Notes under the pieces: generated by a model
What the model saw: the letters and a program-made list of their open reading frames with translations, nothing else
Told to the model about the DNA's origin: nothing
Databases searched by the model: none
Origin: an uncultured virus (IMG/VR IMGVR_UViG_3300008259_004750)
Lineage: Duplodnaviria; Heunggongvirae; Uroviricota; Caudoviricetes
Reading direction: 5' to 3' (one strand)
Virus record (IMG/VR): IMGVR_UViG_3300008259_004750
Span: 1 to 64,000 of that record
Length of the DNA stretch: 64,000 nucleotides
Position numbers and translations under genes: made by a program
Part shown: positions 51,110-61,184 of the stretch, piece by piece
Numbering within the stretch: position 1 is the stretch's first letter
Layout: each line of letters starts with the position of its first letter

Positions 51110-51789
51110 TGAGAATCGGTATTGAAATCAACGGTGTGCTTAGAGATACTATTAGTAAATTTACACAAATATACGAGAAAGAGTATTTAGGGGCCGAGGT
51201 AATTGAAACTCCATCACAAACATATACCTTAGATTTATCAGGTAATACTGAAGAAATATTACCATTAAAACCATTTAAATATGAAATTATATCTGAGGTA
51301 AATTCCTTGGAGCTTGAAAACCATTTTTCGTTTCAGTCTAAGGAAGAATTATATTCATTTATGTTTGAGGAATATGTTATGGAGTTGTTCGGTCACGCCC
51401 CATCAACAGAGTACACCACCTTTAATGATTTAAATGATTTATATATTAAAATCAGAGATAACCATGAATTAATTATAATTTCTGATGAGATTGGTAAATC
51501 AAAACCGGCATCTTTATTTTTCTTATCAAAATTTGGATGTTTAATTGAAAAAATTGTGTTCTACAGTAATTCCACAATTAATTCAATGTGGAATGAAATA
51601 GACCTTTTACTTACCTCCAATCCTAACTTATTATTAAATCATCCGTCAGAAAAACAAGTAATAAAGTTTGAGACGGTTTATAATAAAAACGTAAATTCCG
51701 AACATAGTATTTTATCTATTAAGGAATTTGAAAACAAAATAAATGAAATCACAAATGTTGAAAATTCTGAACGAACATTACTATCTTGA
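51109..51789 (+). CDS. HAD-fold 5'(3')-deoxyribonucleotidase-like protein with a degenerate motif I
   Basis: N-terminal RIGIEINGVLRD resembles xIGIDIDGVLxD. Confidence 0.5.
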   Translation: MRIGIEINGVLRDTISKFTQIYEKEYLGAEVIETPSQTYTLDLSGNTEEILPLKPFKYEIISEVNSLELENHFSFQSKEELYSFMFEEYVMELFGHAPSTEYTTFNDLNDLYIKIRDNHELIIISDEIGKSKPASLFFLSKFGCLIEKIVFYSNSTINSMWNEIDLLLTSNPNLLLNHPSEKQVIKFETVYNKNVNSEHSILSIKEFENKINEITNVENSERTLLS

Positions 51790-52024
51790 TTTAGATGAGA
51801 TAGATAATTACATCAATATTGAACCTCCCGCAAATTTTACTGGGAGTGGTGAAAATCATATTAGTGTTGTAAAATACGAAATGGTTAAAACTCTCATTGA
51901 AATTTTAATGACTGAAAACGAAGGCGTCGACGAGACACTAGGTCCTAAAAATTCAGATTTATCAATCCCGTTTAAAATAGCGTTTAATACACTTTTAAAT
52001 AAAAAACTTTTAAATAAATACTAA
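51755..52024 (+). CDS. Hypothetical protein
   Basis: ORF of about 89 aa overlapping the upstream gene end. Confidence 0.65.
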   Translation: MLKILNEHYYLDLDEIDNYINIEPPANFTGSGENHISVVKYEMVKTLIEILMTENEGVDETLGPKNSDLSIPFKIAFNTLLNKKLLNKY

Positions 52025-52027
52025 TCT

Positions 52028-53095
52028 ATGAATCAAGAACAAATTTCAAAGTTAGAGAAATCAATCTCTAACATGAAAGAAAAAAAGTCCAAAATTTATT
52101 TTATTGTACAGGACACAAAAGGAAATGCAAAAGCTTCGGTGGCTTACATTTACCATATGGCAATGTCTCTGATGGAGAAAGGATATAATTCCATAATACT
52201 TCACGAAAAACCTGACTACACAAATGTAGGTTCATGGATGGGTGTTGATTTTTTAAAAATCCCTCATAAATCGATTGAAGGTCAACAACTTGAAATCGCG
52301 CCTGAGGATTTAATTGTAATACCAGAACTATACGGGTTTGTCATGTCTCAAATTACAAACTTACCATGTGGTAAAATCGTATTGTGTCAGGCGTATGACC
52401 ATATGTTAGAAACACTACAGCCAGGTCAAAATTGGCAACAATTAGGGTTCTTAAAGTGTATTACAACCTCCGAGTTTCAAAAAGAATTCATCTCAAATGT
52501 AATGAGAAACGTTTCATTTGACATTGTAGAACCTTTCATATCCGAACATTTCAAAAAGCAAAGTTTACCGCCAAAACCAGTAATCGCAATCCACTCAAGA
52601 GATGCTAGAGATACTGCAAATATAATTAAATCATTTTATCTAAAATTCCCACAATATCGATGGGTATCATTCAGAGATATGAGAGGTCAAACAACTAAAG
52701 AGTTTGCAAAAAACCTACAAGATTGTTTCCTTTCAGTATGGGTAGACGAAACAAGTGGGTTTGGAACATTCCCATTAGAATCTATGAAATCTGGAGTACC
52801 TGTACTTGGATTAGTACCTAATTTAACTCCAACGTGGATGAGTGAAACAAATGGTTTTTGGATAAATAACAAAAATCAAATTGTTGATTTTATTGCTGAT
52901 TTTTTACAAAATTGGTTGGAAGATAACATCAAAGAAGAACTTTATACAGAAATGCAAGTAACTGTAGATTACTTATCTAGTAAAGAAGAATTTTATAACA
53001 AAACAGTCGACTTATTTTTAAGTTATATTGATACTAGAGTAAATTCTTTCGAGGAACAATTAAATAAACTAACTGAAATTGAAACCGCTCAATAA
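52028..53095 (+). CDS. GT-B fold glycosyltransferase-like protein
   Basis: DLIVIPE, SGFGTFPLESMKSGVPVLG. Confidence 0.65.
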   Translation: MNQEQISKLEKSISNMKEKKSKIYFIVQDTKGNAKASVAYIYHMAMSLMEKGYNSIILHEKPDYTNVGSWMGVDFLKIPHKSIEGQQLEIAPEDLIVIPELYGFVMSQITNLPCGKIVLCQAYDHMLETLQPGQNWQQLGFLKCITTSEFQKEFISNVMRNVSFDIVEPFISEHFKKQSLPPKPVIAIHSRDARDTANIIKSFYLKFPQYRWVSFRDMRGQTTKEFAKNLQDCFLSVWVDETSGFGTFPLESMKSGVPVLGLVPNLTPTWMSETNGFWINNKNQIVDFIADFLQNWLEDNIKEELYTEMQVTVDYLSSKEEFYNKTVDLFLSYIDTRVNSFEEQLNKLTEIETAQ

Positions 53096-53096
53096 T

Positions 53097-53912
53097 ATGG
53101 AAACAAATAATAACTCTTTTAATGTTTCGGTTATATTACCGATAAAATCCGCAATAGTTCAAGGATTTGATGACTATTTTAAAAAATGTATAGATTCTAT
53201 TAAAAATCAAAAAGTAGGTATTAATGAATTAGTAATTGTACACACAGATGAAACTCAGTTGATTGAATTTTTAGATTCATATGATTTTGGGGAAATTAAT
53301 GTAAAAAAATATTCCTGGGGTGGAGAAGCTAACTACGCGATGCAAATTAATTATGGTGTTAGTGTTGCCGAATCTGAGTGGGTGTCACTTTTTGAAATTG
53401 ACGATGAATATTCGAATATTTGGTTTAAAAATGTTAAAAAATATACGGAATCATACCCTGAAGTAAACGGATTTTTACCTCTTGTTATTGATGTTGATGA
53501 AAAAGGTGTATTTGCGGGGTTCACAAACGAAGCGACATTCGCACTTAACATTTCGGCTGAAATGGGTTATTTAATGAACGAAACCTTACACACATATCAA
53601 AATTTTCAAATTTCAGGAATGGTTTTGAAAAAAGATGTTTTCTTAGAATATGGTAAAATAAAACCATCATTTAAATTAACATTTGGATATGAATTCTTTT
53701 TAAGGTTAACATATAATTCTGTTAAAATTATGACAATACCAAAAATTGGTTATAAACACACCAATATGAGAACCGGAAGTATTTTTTGGAACTATAAAAA
53801 TGGTGGAGATGTTTTGACAGAAAATGAAGTAAAGTTTTGGATTGAGTCCGCGAAAAAAGAATATTTTTTCACAGGTGAGAGAGGCATAAAATACGAACCA
53901 CAAGAAGTTTAA
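53097..53912 (+). CDS. GT2-like glycosyltransferase
   Basis: VSVILPI...SIKNQ...INYGV...EIDDEY; ATG 53097 preferred. Confidence 0.7.
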   Translation: METNNNSFNVSVILPIKSAIVQGFDDYFKKCIDSIKNQKVGINELVIVHTDETQLIEFLDSYDFGEINVKKYSWGGEANYAMQINYGVSVAESEWVSLFEIDDEYSNIWFKNVKKYTESYPEVNGFLPLVIDVDEKGVFAGFTNEATFALNISAEMGYLMNETLHTYQNFQISGMVLKKDVFLEYGKIKPSFKLTFGYEFFLRLTYNSVKIMTIPKIGYKHTNMRTGSIFWNYKNGGDVLTENEVKFWIESAKKEYFFTGERGIKYEPQEV

Positions 53913-54661
53913 TGACTGAAATCAGCAGTTTGTCCGGAGAAACAAACGTTGAGCTGAAGAAGAAGGGTAGGAAACCAAAACAGGCAAATTATTTTGACGT
54001 AAGAGAGGAGCAAGCGGTAATTAGATTTTTACAAGCAGAAACTTTTGACGAAAAAAATAAAATATACAATGAGTTTCTAAGAAAGCCCTTAGATAAAATG
54101 ATATCTTCAATAATAAGAAGATATAAATTATACAGAAAAGATATGGACTTCTATGAAATCCATATAGATACTCACTCGTTTTTGATGACTAAAATAGATA
54201 AGTTTAAACCTTCTAAAGAAAAGAAGGCTTATTCTTACTTTGGTACTATTTGTAAGAATTATCTGATGGGTCAAATTATAAAAGACCAAAAAGATATGAA
54301 TCGTAAAATATCTTATGAAGATATATCTAGTAATTTAGAAAACAACGCGGATTTTTCTTACAGTATTGAGAGGGATACAATAGATACTGAAGATATTATT
54401 ACAAATTTTTTGAAAGAAATTGATTATTTTTTACATCAAAGTGATTTATCTGAAAATGAGATAAAGTTGGGGCACGCTCTATATGAATTGTTTGACAACT
54501 ATAATGACATTTTTATTGGTAACGACAATAACAAGTTTAATAAAAATATTATTTTACTTTCTTTAAGAGAAATGACAAATTTGAATACAAAAGAAATAAG
54601 AAGTTCTATGAAAAAATTTAAAACTATATATTTCAATCTGGTTCAAAAAATGATTAAATAG
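53912..54661 (+). CDS. Phage sigma factor (T4 gp55-like / sigma70 region 2)
   Basis: NYF N-terminus and KIDKFKPSKEKKAYSYFGTICKNYLMGQIIK, resembling the region-2 F(D/K)PxK...AY(F/I)T motif. Confidence 0.6.
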   Translation: MTEISSLSGETNVELKKKGRKPKQANYFDVREEQAVIRFLQAETFDEKNKIYNEFLRKPLDKMISSIIRRYKLYRKDMDFYEIHIDTHSFLMTKIDKFKPSKEKKAYSYFGTICKNYLMGQIIKDQKDMNRKISYEDISSNLENNADFSYSIERDTIDTEDIITNFLKEIDYFLHQSDLSENEIKLGHALYELFDNYNDIFIGNDNNKFNKNIILLSLREMTNLNTKEIRSSMKKFKTIYFNLVQKMIK

Positions 54662-54672
54662 TATTTATTGTT

Positions 54673-55044
54673 ATGCCAAGACCACAAAAAAAAGAAATAA
54701 ATCTAACCAAAGATTCAATGTTGTCATTGATGCAAGAGATTTACAACGAACTTGTAGAACAGAGAAATACCGCGATTAGAATACAAAACAAAATGTTGTC
54801 AATGATGAAAGAGACCGAAGACATGACAGTACTTGGTCCAATCATCAAAGAACAACAAAAAATAATTAATGACTGTGTTGAGAAAAAATTAACTCTATCA
54901 AAGTTACAATCTTCATTATGGGAAAAATCAAACTCAAATCAGGAAAGTTTTTCTATTAATGATTTAGATGTTGATGATGAGATGTTACAAAATTTGATTG
55001 AAAAAGATATTTCAAAAAATGACGGGTCATATAAAATGAAATAA
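54673..55044 (+). CDS. Hypothetical coiled-coil protein
   Basis: 123 aa, heptad pattern. Confidence 0.7.
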   Translation: MPRPQKKEINLTKDSMLSLMQEIYNELVEQRNTAIRIQNKMLSMMKETEDMTVLGPIIKEQQKIINDCVEKKLTLSKLQSSLWEKSNSNQESFSINDLDVDDEMLQNLIEKDISKNDGSYKMK

Positions 55045-55055
55045 TAACTCAAATA

Positions 55056-56978
55056 ATGTCATTAGACCTTAAATCAGATTATAATAAAGCTAAGAGTAAA
55101 ATCCAAGCTACCAAATCATACAAAGATTTAAAGGGTCAGTATGATAAAGCTCAAAAAAAAGTTGGTGATTCTTTAGAAAAAGGAAAGGACACGCTTAGTG
55201 ACTCTAAAGAAAAATTTGAGGAACAATTAGATGTAATAAAAAATCAGGCAAAAAGATATCAAACTGAGAAAAAGAACCAATTAGAAGAACTTTTAGATAT
55301 CAATAAAGTCACAGGTAATAATTCGGTTAGATATATTAAACAAAAAATGATTAAGGCGTTACAGAATATTCGCCCCAAAATTGATGAAATTTTAATAGAA
55401 GAAGCTATAAAGGCTGTTGGATGTGACCAACAACAAACATATGACCCTGTAACTATTTATGTTAAAGTAAAATCAGTAGACCCTGCCGGACTTCTTAAAA
55501 AAAATCCAACATCTAAAGTTGCCAAAATTTTATATGAAAAGGACGATGTTGTAATACAGAATTTTCCTTTTTCTTTTAATAAAGAATTATATAATAGAGT
55601 TCAAAATCCAGGTCAATTGTATAGTACCGCAAATGGACAAAATTATTTTGGTAATTCGGGTAATGAGTTATTGGATATAAGTTTTGTAGAATTCAACAAT
55701 TTTGGCGAATCAGGACCTTGGTTTCAAGTTGATTTGAAACAAAGAGTTGCCAGTTCACCTAATGTTGTCGGGGAATTTTTAGTAGACTATTTTAAAACGA
55801 TTAATATTTTTGAATTTACCAATGTAATGGCAAATATTATGAACTCACTTAGTGGGGCCATTTCAATTAAAGCCAATGTGGGAGTAAATGAAGTCACCGA
55901 CTCAACAAAATTTGAAAGATATATTGCAAGAATTTTAGGTTTATGTTTTGATAATAGAAAACAAATAGATGTTAGTGGGGTGGCAAAAGTTGCTGAACTC
56001 GATGGGATTGATGAATCTTTTTACGAACTAACACAAATTGAGTTAAGAAATGTTGAAAATAAAGTCAGTAACATCCAAAATGGTGTAGTTGAATTTGAAG
56101 ATTGTGATACGGAGAAGCTTCCTGTTAATGCTGACCAAATAGTTGACGCTCTTAATCAGTTAAACTTTGTTGAGGGTAGAGACCTTGACAAAGCTGCGGA
56201 CTCATTATCGGATATTTTAGCACAAAATCCAGCATGGAAAGGATTAGCAATTAACGGAAATATAAAGGCGGCAATTGATTTAAATTTTATAAAATTAATT
56301 ACTCAGGGGTTAGTTTTTGCATTACTTGGACCAAAAGTTCTACTTCCTATTTTCACTATGTTAAAAGCGATAGGTAAAGAATTATGTGGTAATATTAATG
56401 GATTTGTTGATTTGCTTATTTGTTTTAAAGAATTCATGAAAGAGTTAATCTCTAAGATTGGTTCTTTGTTCATAAAAGAACTATTCAAATTAATCAAACG
56501 AGACATACTAAATCTAATCCAAGCGGTAATTAAAGATTTGTCTAAAGAGTTAAAAGACAAAAGAATTATTATGATTTTAAAATTGGTACAATTAATTTTA
56601 GTTGTGGCTCAATTTGTTAGGGATTGGAGAGAATGTAAAAGTGTCGTAGACGAAATTTTGTGGTTACTTAATATTGCATTATCGGGTTGGGGGTCTCAAA
56701 TTCCTCTTCCTCTATTGTACGCATCTCAATTATTAGACGGATTTTCTGCAACCAGAGCTTACATAGGGACAATAGAGGAACTACAAAAAATTGGGGTACC
56801 TACCGGTCCTATGCCTGATGGAAGTCCTAATTTAACGGTTTTATCAATGTTGAGTCAGTTAAAGGCTCAAGTTACGGAAGAAGCTGAAAATGGTAAAGTT
56901 CAAATAGCGTTACCACCTTTAACCATAACTCCTGCGGGATTAACAGTACCACAAAGCGCATTCGGTAAAAAATTCTAA
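55056..56978 (+). CDS. Hypothetical, probably baseplate/tail structural protein
   Basis: 640 aa, helical, upstream of the spike gene. Confidence 0.6.
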   Translation: MSLDLKSDYNKAKSKIQATKSYKDLKGQYDKAQKKVGDSLEKGKDTLSDSKEKFEEQLDVIKNQAKRYQTEKKNQLEELLDINKVTGNNSVRYIKQKMIKALQNIRPKIDEILIEEAIKAVGCDQQQTYDPVTIYVKVKSVDPAGLLKKNPTSKVAKILYEKDDVVIQNFPFSFNKELYNRVQNPGQLYSTANGQNYFGNSGNELLDISFVEFNNFGESGPWFQVDLKQRVASSPNVVGEFLVDYFKTINIFEFTNVMANIMNSLSGAISIKANVGVNEVTDSTKFERYIARILGLCFDNRKQIDVSGVAKVAELDGIDESFYELTQIELRNVENKVSNIQNGVVEFEDCDTEKLPVNADQIVDALNQLNFVEGRDLDKAADSLSDILAQNPAWKGLAINGNIKAAIDLNFIKLITQGLVFALLGPKVLLPIFTMLKAIGKELCGNINGFVDLLICFKEFMKELISKIGSLFIKELFKLIKRDILNLIQAVIKDLSKELKDKRIIMILKLVQLILVVAQFVRDWRECKSVVDEILWLLNIALSGWGSQIPLPLLYASQLLDGFSATRAYIGTIEELQKIGVPTGPMPDGSPNLTVLSMLSQLKAQVTEEAENGKVQIALPPLTITPAGLTVPQSAFGKKF

Positions 56979-56981
56979 ACT

Positions 56982-57197
56982 ATGGAAAATAAACAACACG
57001 CAGAAAAAGTAGTTCAAATAATAAAAGAGTATAAATCCAGACCTAATAAAGATTTAACAATAGCTATGGATTTTTTAAAAGAAGATTTTGAAAAAACTAA
57101 GGACAGTCTCTTAAAACTAACTAATCATTTAGATAAAGTTGAAAATTCTTATAATTTATTATTAAAAGAATACCAAAGTAGGAATCAATCAATATGA
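56982..57197 (+). CDS. Hypothetical coiled-coil protein
   Basis: 71 aa, ATGA overlap with the next gene. Confidence 0.65.
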   Translation: MENKQHAEKVVQIIKEYKSRPNKDLTIAMDFLKEDFEKTKDSLLKLTNHLDKVENSYNLLLKEYQSRNQSI

Positions 57198-58792
57198 GAA
57201 TAACCGAACAAAATAAACATCAAATAATATTTCCAGGTATCGTTTACGATGACAATGACCCTATGATGTTAGGTCGTATTAGAGTTATACCTGAAACTGA
57301 AAATTATTCAGATATAATTGCATCAGTACCAAATTGGAATGAAAAAAAGGATATATGGACAAGTCGAGACCCTTTAATTTTTTTACCGTTACTTCCAGTT
57401 TTTTATAATCAGTCACCTAAAAAAGGAGAGTATGTTCATATATTTTATCAAAACAAAGAATTCCCATTTAAGAATCAATTTTACATACAAGGACCATTCT
57501 CAAGTCCGTTATTATTAAATTATGAAAATTACCAAGGGGCTAAAAAATTCTTAGCAACTGGAGATAGGATAAAACAAGGGTTGAGTATTAAAAATCAAGA
57601 CGGTACTTATAAAGAAAAAAATAGTAAGGGAGTTTTTGCAGAACCTGAAGATGTTGCAATTTACGGTAGGGGGACTTCTGACTTAGTAATTAAAGATGAA
57701 GAACTATTATTAAGAGCCGGAAAAGTAAGAGGGTTCAAAACTAAAGAATTACCTACGGCAAACATTAACAGAGCTTTTTTACAACTTTCAAATTTTTCAC
57801 AAACTAAAGAAAAATTACCAAAAGAAATAAAATTAAGTTTTATTGAAAATGTAAAAAATGTAAAAAAAATTATCATTTGGGATATTTCCAACTTAGAGAA
57901 TGATGCTGACTCGTTCAATGGTTCTGTTGGTTTATATGCTGCAATTCCACAACCAACTGGTGAAAATAACCCAATAACTACAAAAAATTTCAAAGCTAAT
58001 ACTATAACAAAATTATCGATTGGTACTGAATATCAAGGTCCTATTGAAGAAATAACATTTAACTCTAAATCCTACACTGAAATAGTTAATATTGTAAATT
58101 CATTTATAAGTGGTGTTTTTGGTGGTTTTTTAAATGTTTCTGGTTATACAACAAACAGTCAACAAAATGTTACTCCTGAAAATGTATTTCCTCTAATAAT
58201 TACTCCGTCAAAGGATGCTTACAAAACAGGGTCCAGAGTCAGTCCTAGTATTGACCCTTCACAATTAGTGGAATCTAGAAATTTTATGAAATTTTTTAAG
58301 GGTATTAACATTGACCCCGCTAAACCTAACAAATCAGGTTTCTTCTTAATTTCTGATAATAGAATCGGTACTCCTGTATTCGGACCGCAGCAAGATGTTA
58401 AGATAAATAGAATAACCCCAACAATATTTACACCTGACCAAATAAGTTACGGTGTAATGGGTGCTCAAAAAATTTATCTATTATCCCATAACTCAACACA
58501 TCCTAGTGGAGGTAAGATAAATTTACAAGATACAATTTACGGAATACCTCAGGATAAATTTATTGGTGATAACAGAAGTATTGAATCTCTGAGTTTCTCA
58601 AGCATAAGAGGTGAAAAAATGTTAGAATTGATTAGAAAGATATTCTCTTTTGTGAAGGGTCATGTTCATGCAATTGCAACAACTCCACCAATACCAGTAA
58701 CTGAAGGTAATGGTATTACTACCGCTGAAATTGACCAGATACTTGCCGACGCTGAAAATACCATCCTTAATCAAAATATCCGTATTAATTGA
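57194..58792 (+). CDS. Baseplate central spike (gp5/gpV/VgrG-like OB fold with C-terminal HxH)
   Basis: GIVYDDNDPMMLGRIRV...PLLP...PKKGEYV; C-terminal GHVH. Confidence 0.7.
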   Translation: MRITEQNKHQIIFPGIVYDDNDPMMLGRIRVIPETENYSDIIASVPNWNEKKDIWTSRDPLIFLPLLPVFYNQSPKKGEYVHIFYQNKEFPFKNQFYIQGPFSSPLLLNYENYQGAKKFLATGDRIKQGLSIKNQDGTYKEKNSKGVFAEPEDVAIYGRGTSDLVIKDEELLLRAGKVRGFKTKELPTANINRAFLQLSNFSQTKEKLPKEIKLSFIENVKNVKKIIIWDISNLENDADSFNGSVGLYAAIPQPTGENNPITTKNFKANTITKLSIGTEYQGPIEEITFNSKSYTEIVNIVNSFISGVFGGFLNVSGYTTNSQQNVTPENVFPLIITPSKDAYKTGSRVSPSIDPSQLVESRNFMKFFKGINIDPAKPNKSGFFLISDNRIGTPVFGPQQDVKINRITPTIFTPDQISYGVMGAQKIYLLSHNSTHPSGGKINLQDTIYGIPQDKFIGDNRSIESLSFSSIRGEKMLELIRKIFSFVKGHVHAIATTPPIPVTEGNGITTAEIDQILADAENTILNQNIRIN

Positions 58793-58814
58793 TATTTATA
58801 ATTAAAAGTTATAA

Positions 58815-60281
58815 ATGTCTATAAACAATTCTTATTTCAGTAAGAACAACACAATACTATCAAATAGTTTTACTAATACAGGAAGAAATCCTGTAACAGA
58901 ATTATTTTTTGGTAATTTTGTTTATTCTGAATTCCCAAATGGATATAGTAGATTCATATTTGATTTAGATTTAACACTACTTAGGTCAAAAATTGCCGAT
59001 GGAACAATATCAACAACTTGTTCAAGTGCAATGACTCACACTCTTAGAATGGTTAATACATCGTTCTTTGAAGAGGAATTAAAAAATACTCCGACTTCAA
59101 ATGGAAGAATGAGAGCAACCTCGTTTGACCTTATATTATTTAGAATACCTTACGCAAATTCAGAATTACAAACTCCTCAAAATTGGGACGAAGGTGTTGG
59201 TTATGATTTTGCGGATTTAATTTATGAATTTAAGGACGCGGATAAAAACTTTTCAGATAGACCATCAAACTGGTTTCAAACTACAACAATTGATAACTGG
59301 ACTCAAGAAGGTATATACAACAATAAAAACACAGGTACGGTAAACTATTCGGCACTAACCATTGTTGACACTCAGCATTTTGAATTTGGGGACGAGAATA
59401 TCTCCTTTGATATGACTGACGAGATTAATAATATTCTTAACGGTAGTTTAGTTAATACAACGGGGTGGGGTATAGCATATTTACCTCAGGTTGAAAATTT
59501 AACAGGGTTAACTCAACCATACGAAGTTCAATTTTTTACTCGTCATACCCAAACATTTTATGAACCTTACTTAGAAACTAATTATAATGATTTAATACAA
59601 GATGATAGGAACTTATTTACATTAGGTAAAAGTAATAAGTTATATCTGTATTTATTCGATGATGGTAACCCAATTAATTTGGATGTATTACCTACGGTGA
59701 ATTTAACCGATGGGTCGGGTGATTTAATACCGGGAGCGTCAGGCTTAACCGCTTGTAGAAGAACTAAAGGAGTATATGAGGTTACAATACCACCACTAAT
59801 CGGGTATAAAACACCTTGTACATTTAGTGATGAATGGTCAGGATTAATTTTAAATGGATTAACACTTTCAGACATTACAAATGAATTTGTAGTTTACCCA
59901 TTAAAGAAATCTTTATCTATTGGTTTAGATTCTGTAGAACCAAAACTATATGGGTTTGATTATTATGGTATTAAACAAGATGAAAAGATTTTTAATACTG
60001 ATATTAGAAAAGTTGGTGTAATAATTAAACAAGCTTACTCGACCGCTAAACTTCTACCAAAGGTTGATGCCTCATATAGAATTTATGTTAGAGAAGGTCA
60101 AACTGAAGTTCAGGTACAAGACTGGACTAAGGTTAATAGAACACCGAACGAATATTATTTTATTTTTGATACAAGAGATAAAATACCTAATGAATATTAC
60201 ATCGACATACAAGTTGTTAGTTCTGGAGAAGTTAATACATATAAGAGACAAATTAAATTCCAAATAGTTAATTACAAATAA
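58815..60281 (+). CDS. Putative virion structural protein
   Basis: 488 aa beta-rich (SRFIFDLDL, WDEGVGYD); TATTTATA upstream. Confidence 0.6.
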   Translation: MSINNSYFSKNNTILSNSFTNTGRNPVTELFFGNFVYSEFPNGYSRFIFDLDLTLLRSKIADGTISTTCSSAMTHTLRMVNTSFFEEELKNTPTSNGRMRATSFDLILFRIPYANSELQTPQNWDEGVGYDFADLIYEFKDADKNFSDRPSNWFQTTTIDNWTQEGIYNNKNTGTVNYSALTIVDTQHFEFGDENISFDMTDEINNILNGSLVNTTGWGIAYLPQVENLTGLTQPYEVQFFTRHTQTFYEPYLETNYNDLIQDDRNLFTLGKSNKLYLYLFDDGNPINLDVLPTVNLTDGSGDLIPGASGLTACRRTKGVYEVTIPPLIGYKTPCTFSDEWSGLILNGLTLSDITNEFVVYPLKKSLSIGLDSVEPKLYGFDYYGIKQDEKIFNTDIRKVGVIIKQAYSTAKLLPKVDASYRIYVREGQTEVQVQDWTKVNRTPNEYYFIFDTRDKIPNEYYIDIQVVSSGEVNTYKRQIKFQIVNYK

Positions 60282-60313
60282 ATAAAATTAGATATTTATA
60301 ATAAAAAACCACA

Positions 60314-60700
60314 ATGGCATATAGAAATATGACGGGTACTACCTGTGGAAATGGGGAAGTACTTACATTTATAGCGGATGACTCTGGAGTATCAGCCAGT
60401 ACTTTTTACCAATTAAGTACAGGTTTATGTATACAAATTACTGCGGTTAATACCGCATATACCGAAACTAATAACACGGTTTCTTTAGTTAAACAATACG
60501 CAAATTGTGCGGCTTGTTTAGCTCCTATTTCGGCAAATACCGAACAAGTAATTGGATTCTATTTAAATAGCGATATTAATAATGGTGACGACACTGGAAA
60601 AACTTTTGTACCACCTCATCCTGTTTGGACTAATGGTCAAAATCACGCAGTTGTCCAACTTAATATGATTACTCTTGGTGGTAATGGTTTAAATTCTTAA
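60314..60700 (+). CDS. Small Cys-containing hypothetical protein
   Basis: 128 aa; YANCAACL, PPHPVWTN; TATTTATA upstream. Confidence 0.65.
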   Translation: MAYRNMTGTTCGNGEVLTFIADDSGVSASTFYQLSTGLCIQITAVNTAYTETNNTVSLVKQYANCAACLAPISANTEQVIGFYLNSDINNGDDTGKTFVPPHPVWTNGQNHAVVQLNMITLGGNGLNS

Positions 60701-60704
60701 TACT

Positions 60705-61181
60705 ATGAAAAAAATTAAATTGTCTGAAAACGAATTAAACAAAATCATTAAAAGAGTAATTGAGGAACAAGGTTCCGATAGATATATGTTCTTTTCAAAC
60801 TTAGAACAAATGAGAAGACAATGTGATATATTGTTAAGTAAAAATAGAGATGAAATTGATTCTATTTTAGACAATGGTCACGATTGGGCTCAAGACCATA
60901 TTGCCGAAGCAAAAAATAATATGGACCAAGTGTTTGATTTCTTAATGAATGAAACAACCGATGAAGGCGATTTAGATGACCAATCGGACGAAGAGGAAAT
61001 GGTTATGATGGAAGGTCGTAAAAAGTCAGGTACAAAATTGTGTGCTAGAGGAAAAGCGGCGGCTAAGGCAAAATTTAAAGTTTGGCCCTCAGCTTATGGG
61101 AACGGTTTTGCGGTTCAGGTTTGCCAAGGTCGAATGAAAGGGCTTGACGGTAAAAAAAGATGTTCTCCACCTTATTGTTAA
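60705..61181 (+). CDS. Putative internal head protein with a basic PSAY-motif C-terminal domain
   Basis: KIKLSENELNKIIKRVIEE leader; KAKFKVWPSAYGNG. Confidence 0.6.
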   Translation: MKKIKLSENELNKIIKRVIEEQGSDRYMFFSNLEQMRRQCDILLSKNRDEIDSILDNGHDWAQDHIAEAKNNMDQVFDFLMNETTDEGDLDDQSDEEEMVMMEGRKKSGTKLCARGKAAAKAKFKVWPSAYGNGFAVQVCQGRMKGLDGKKRCSPPYC

Positions 61182-61184
61182 TGT

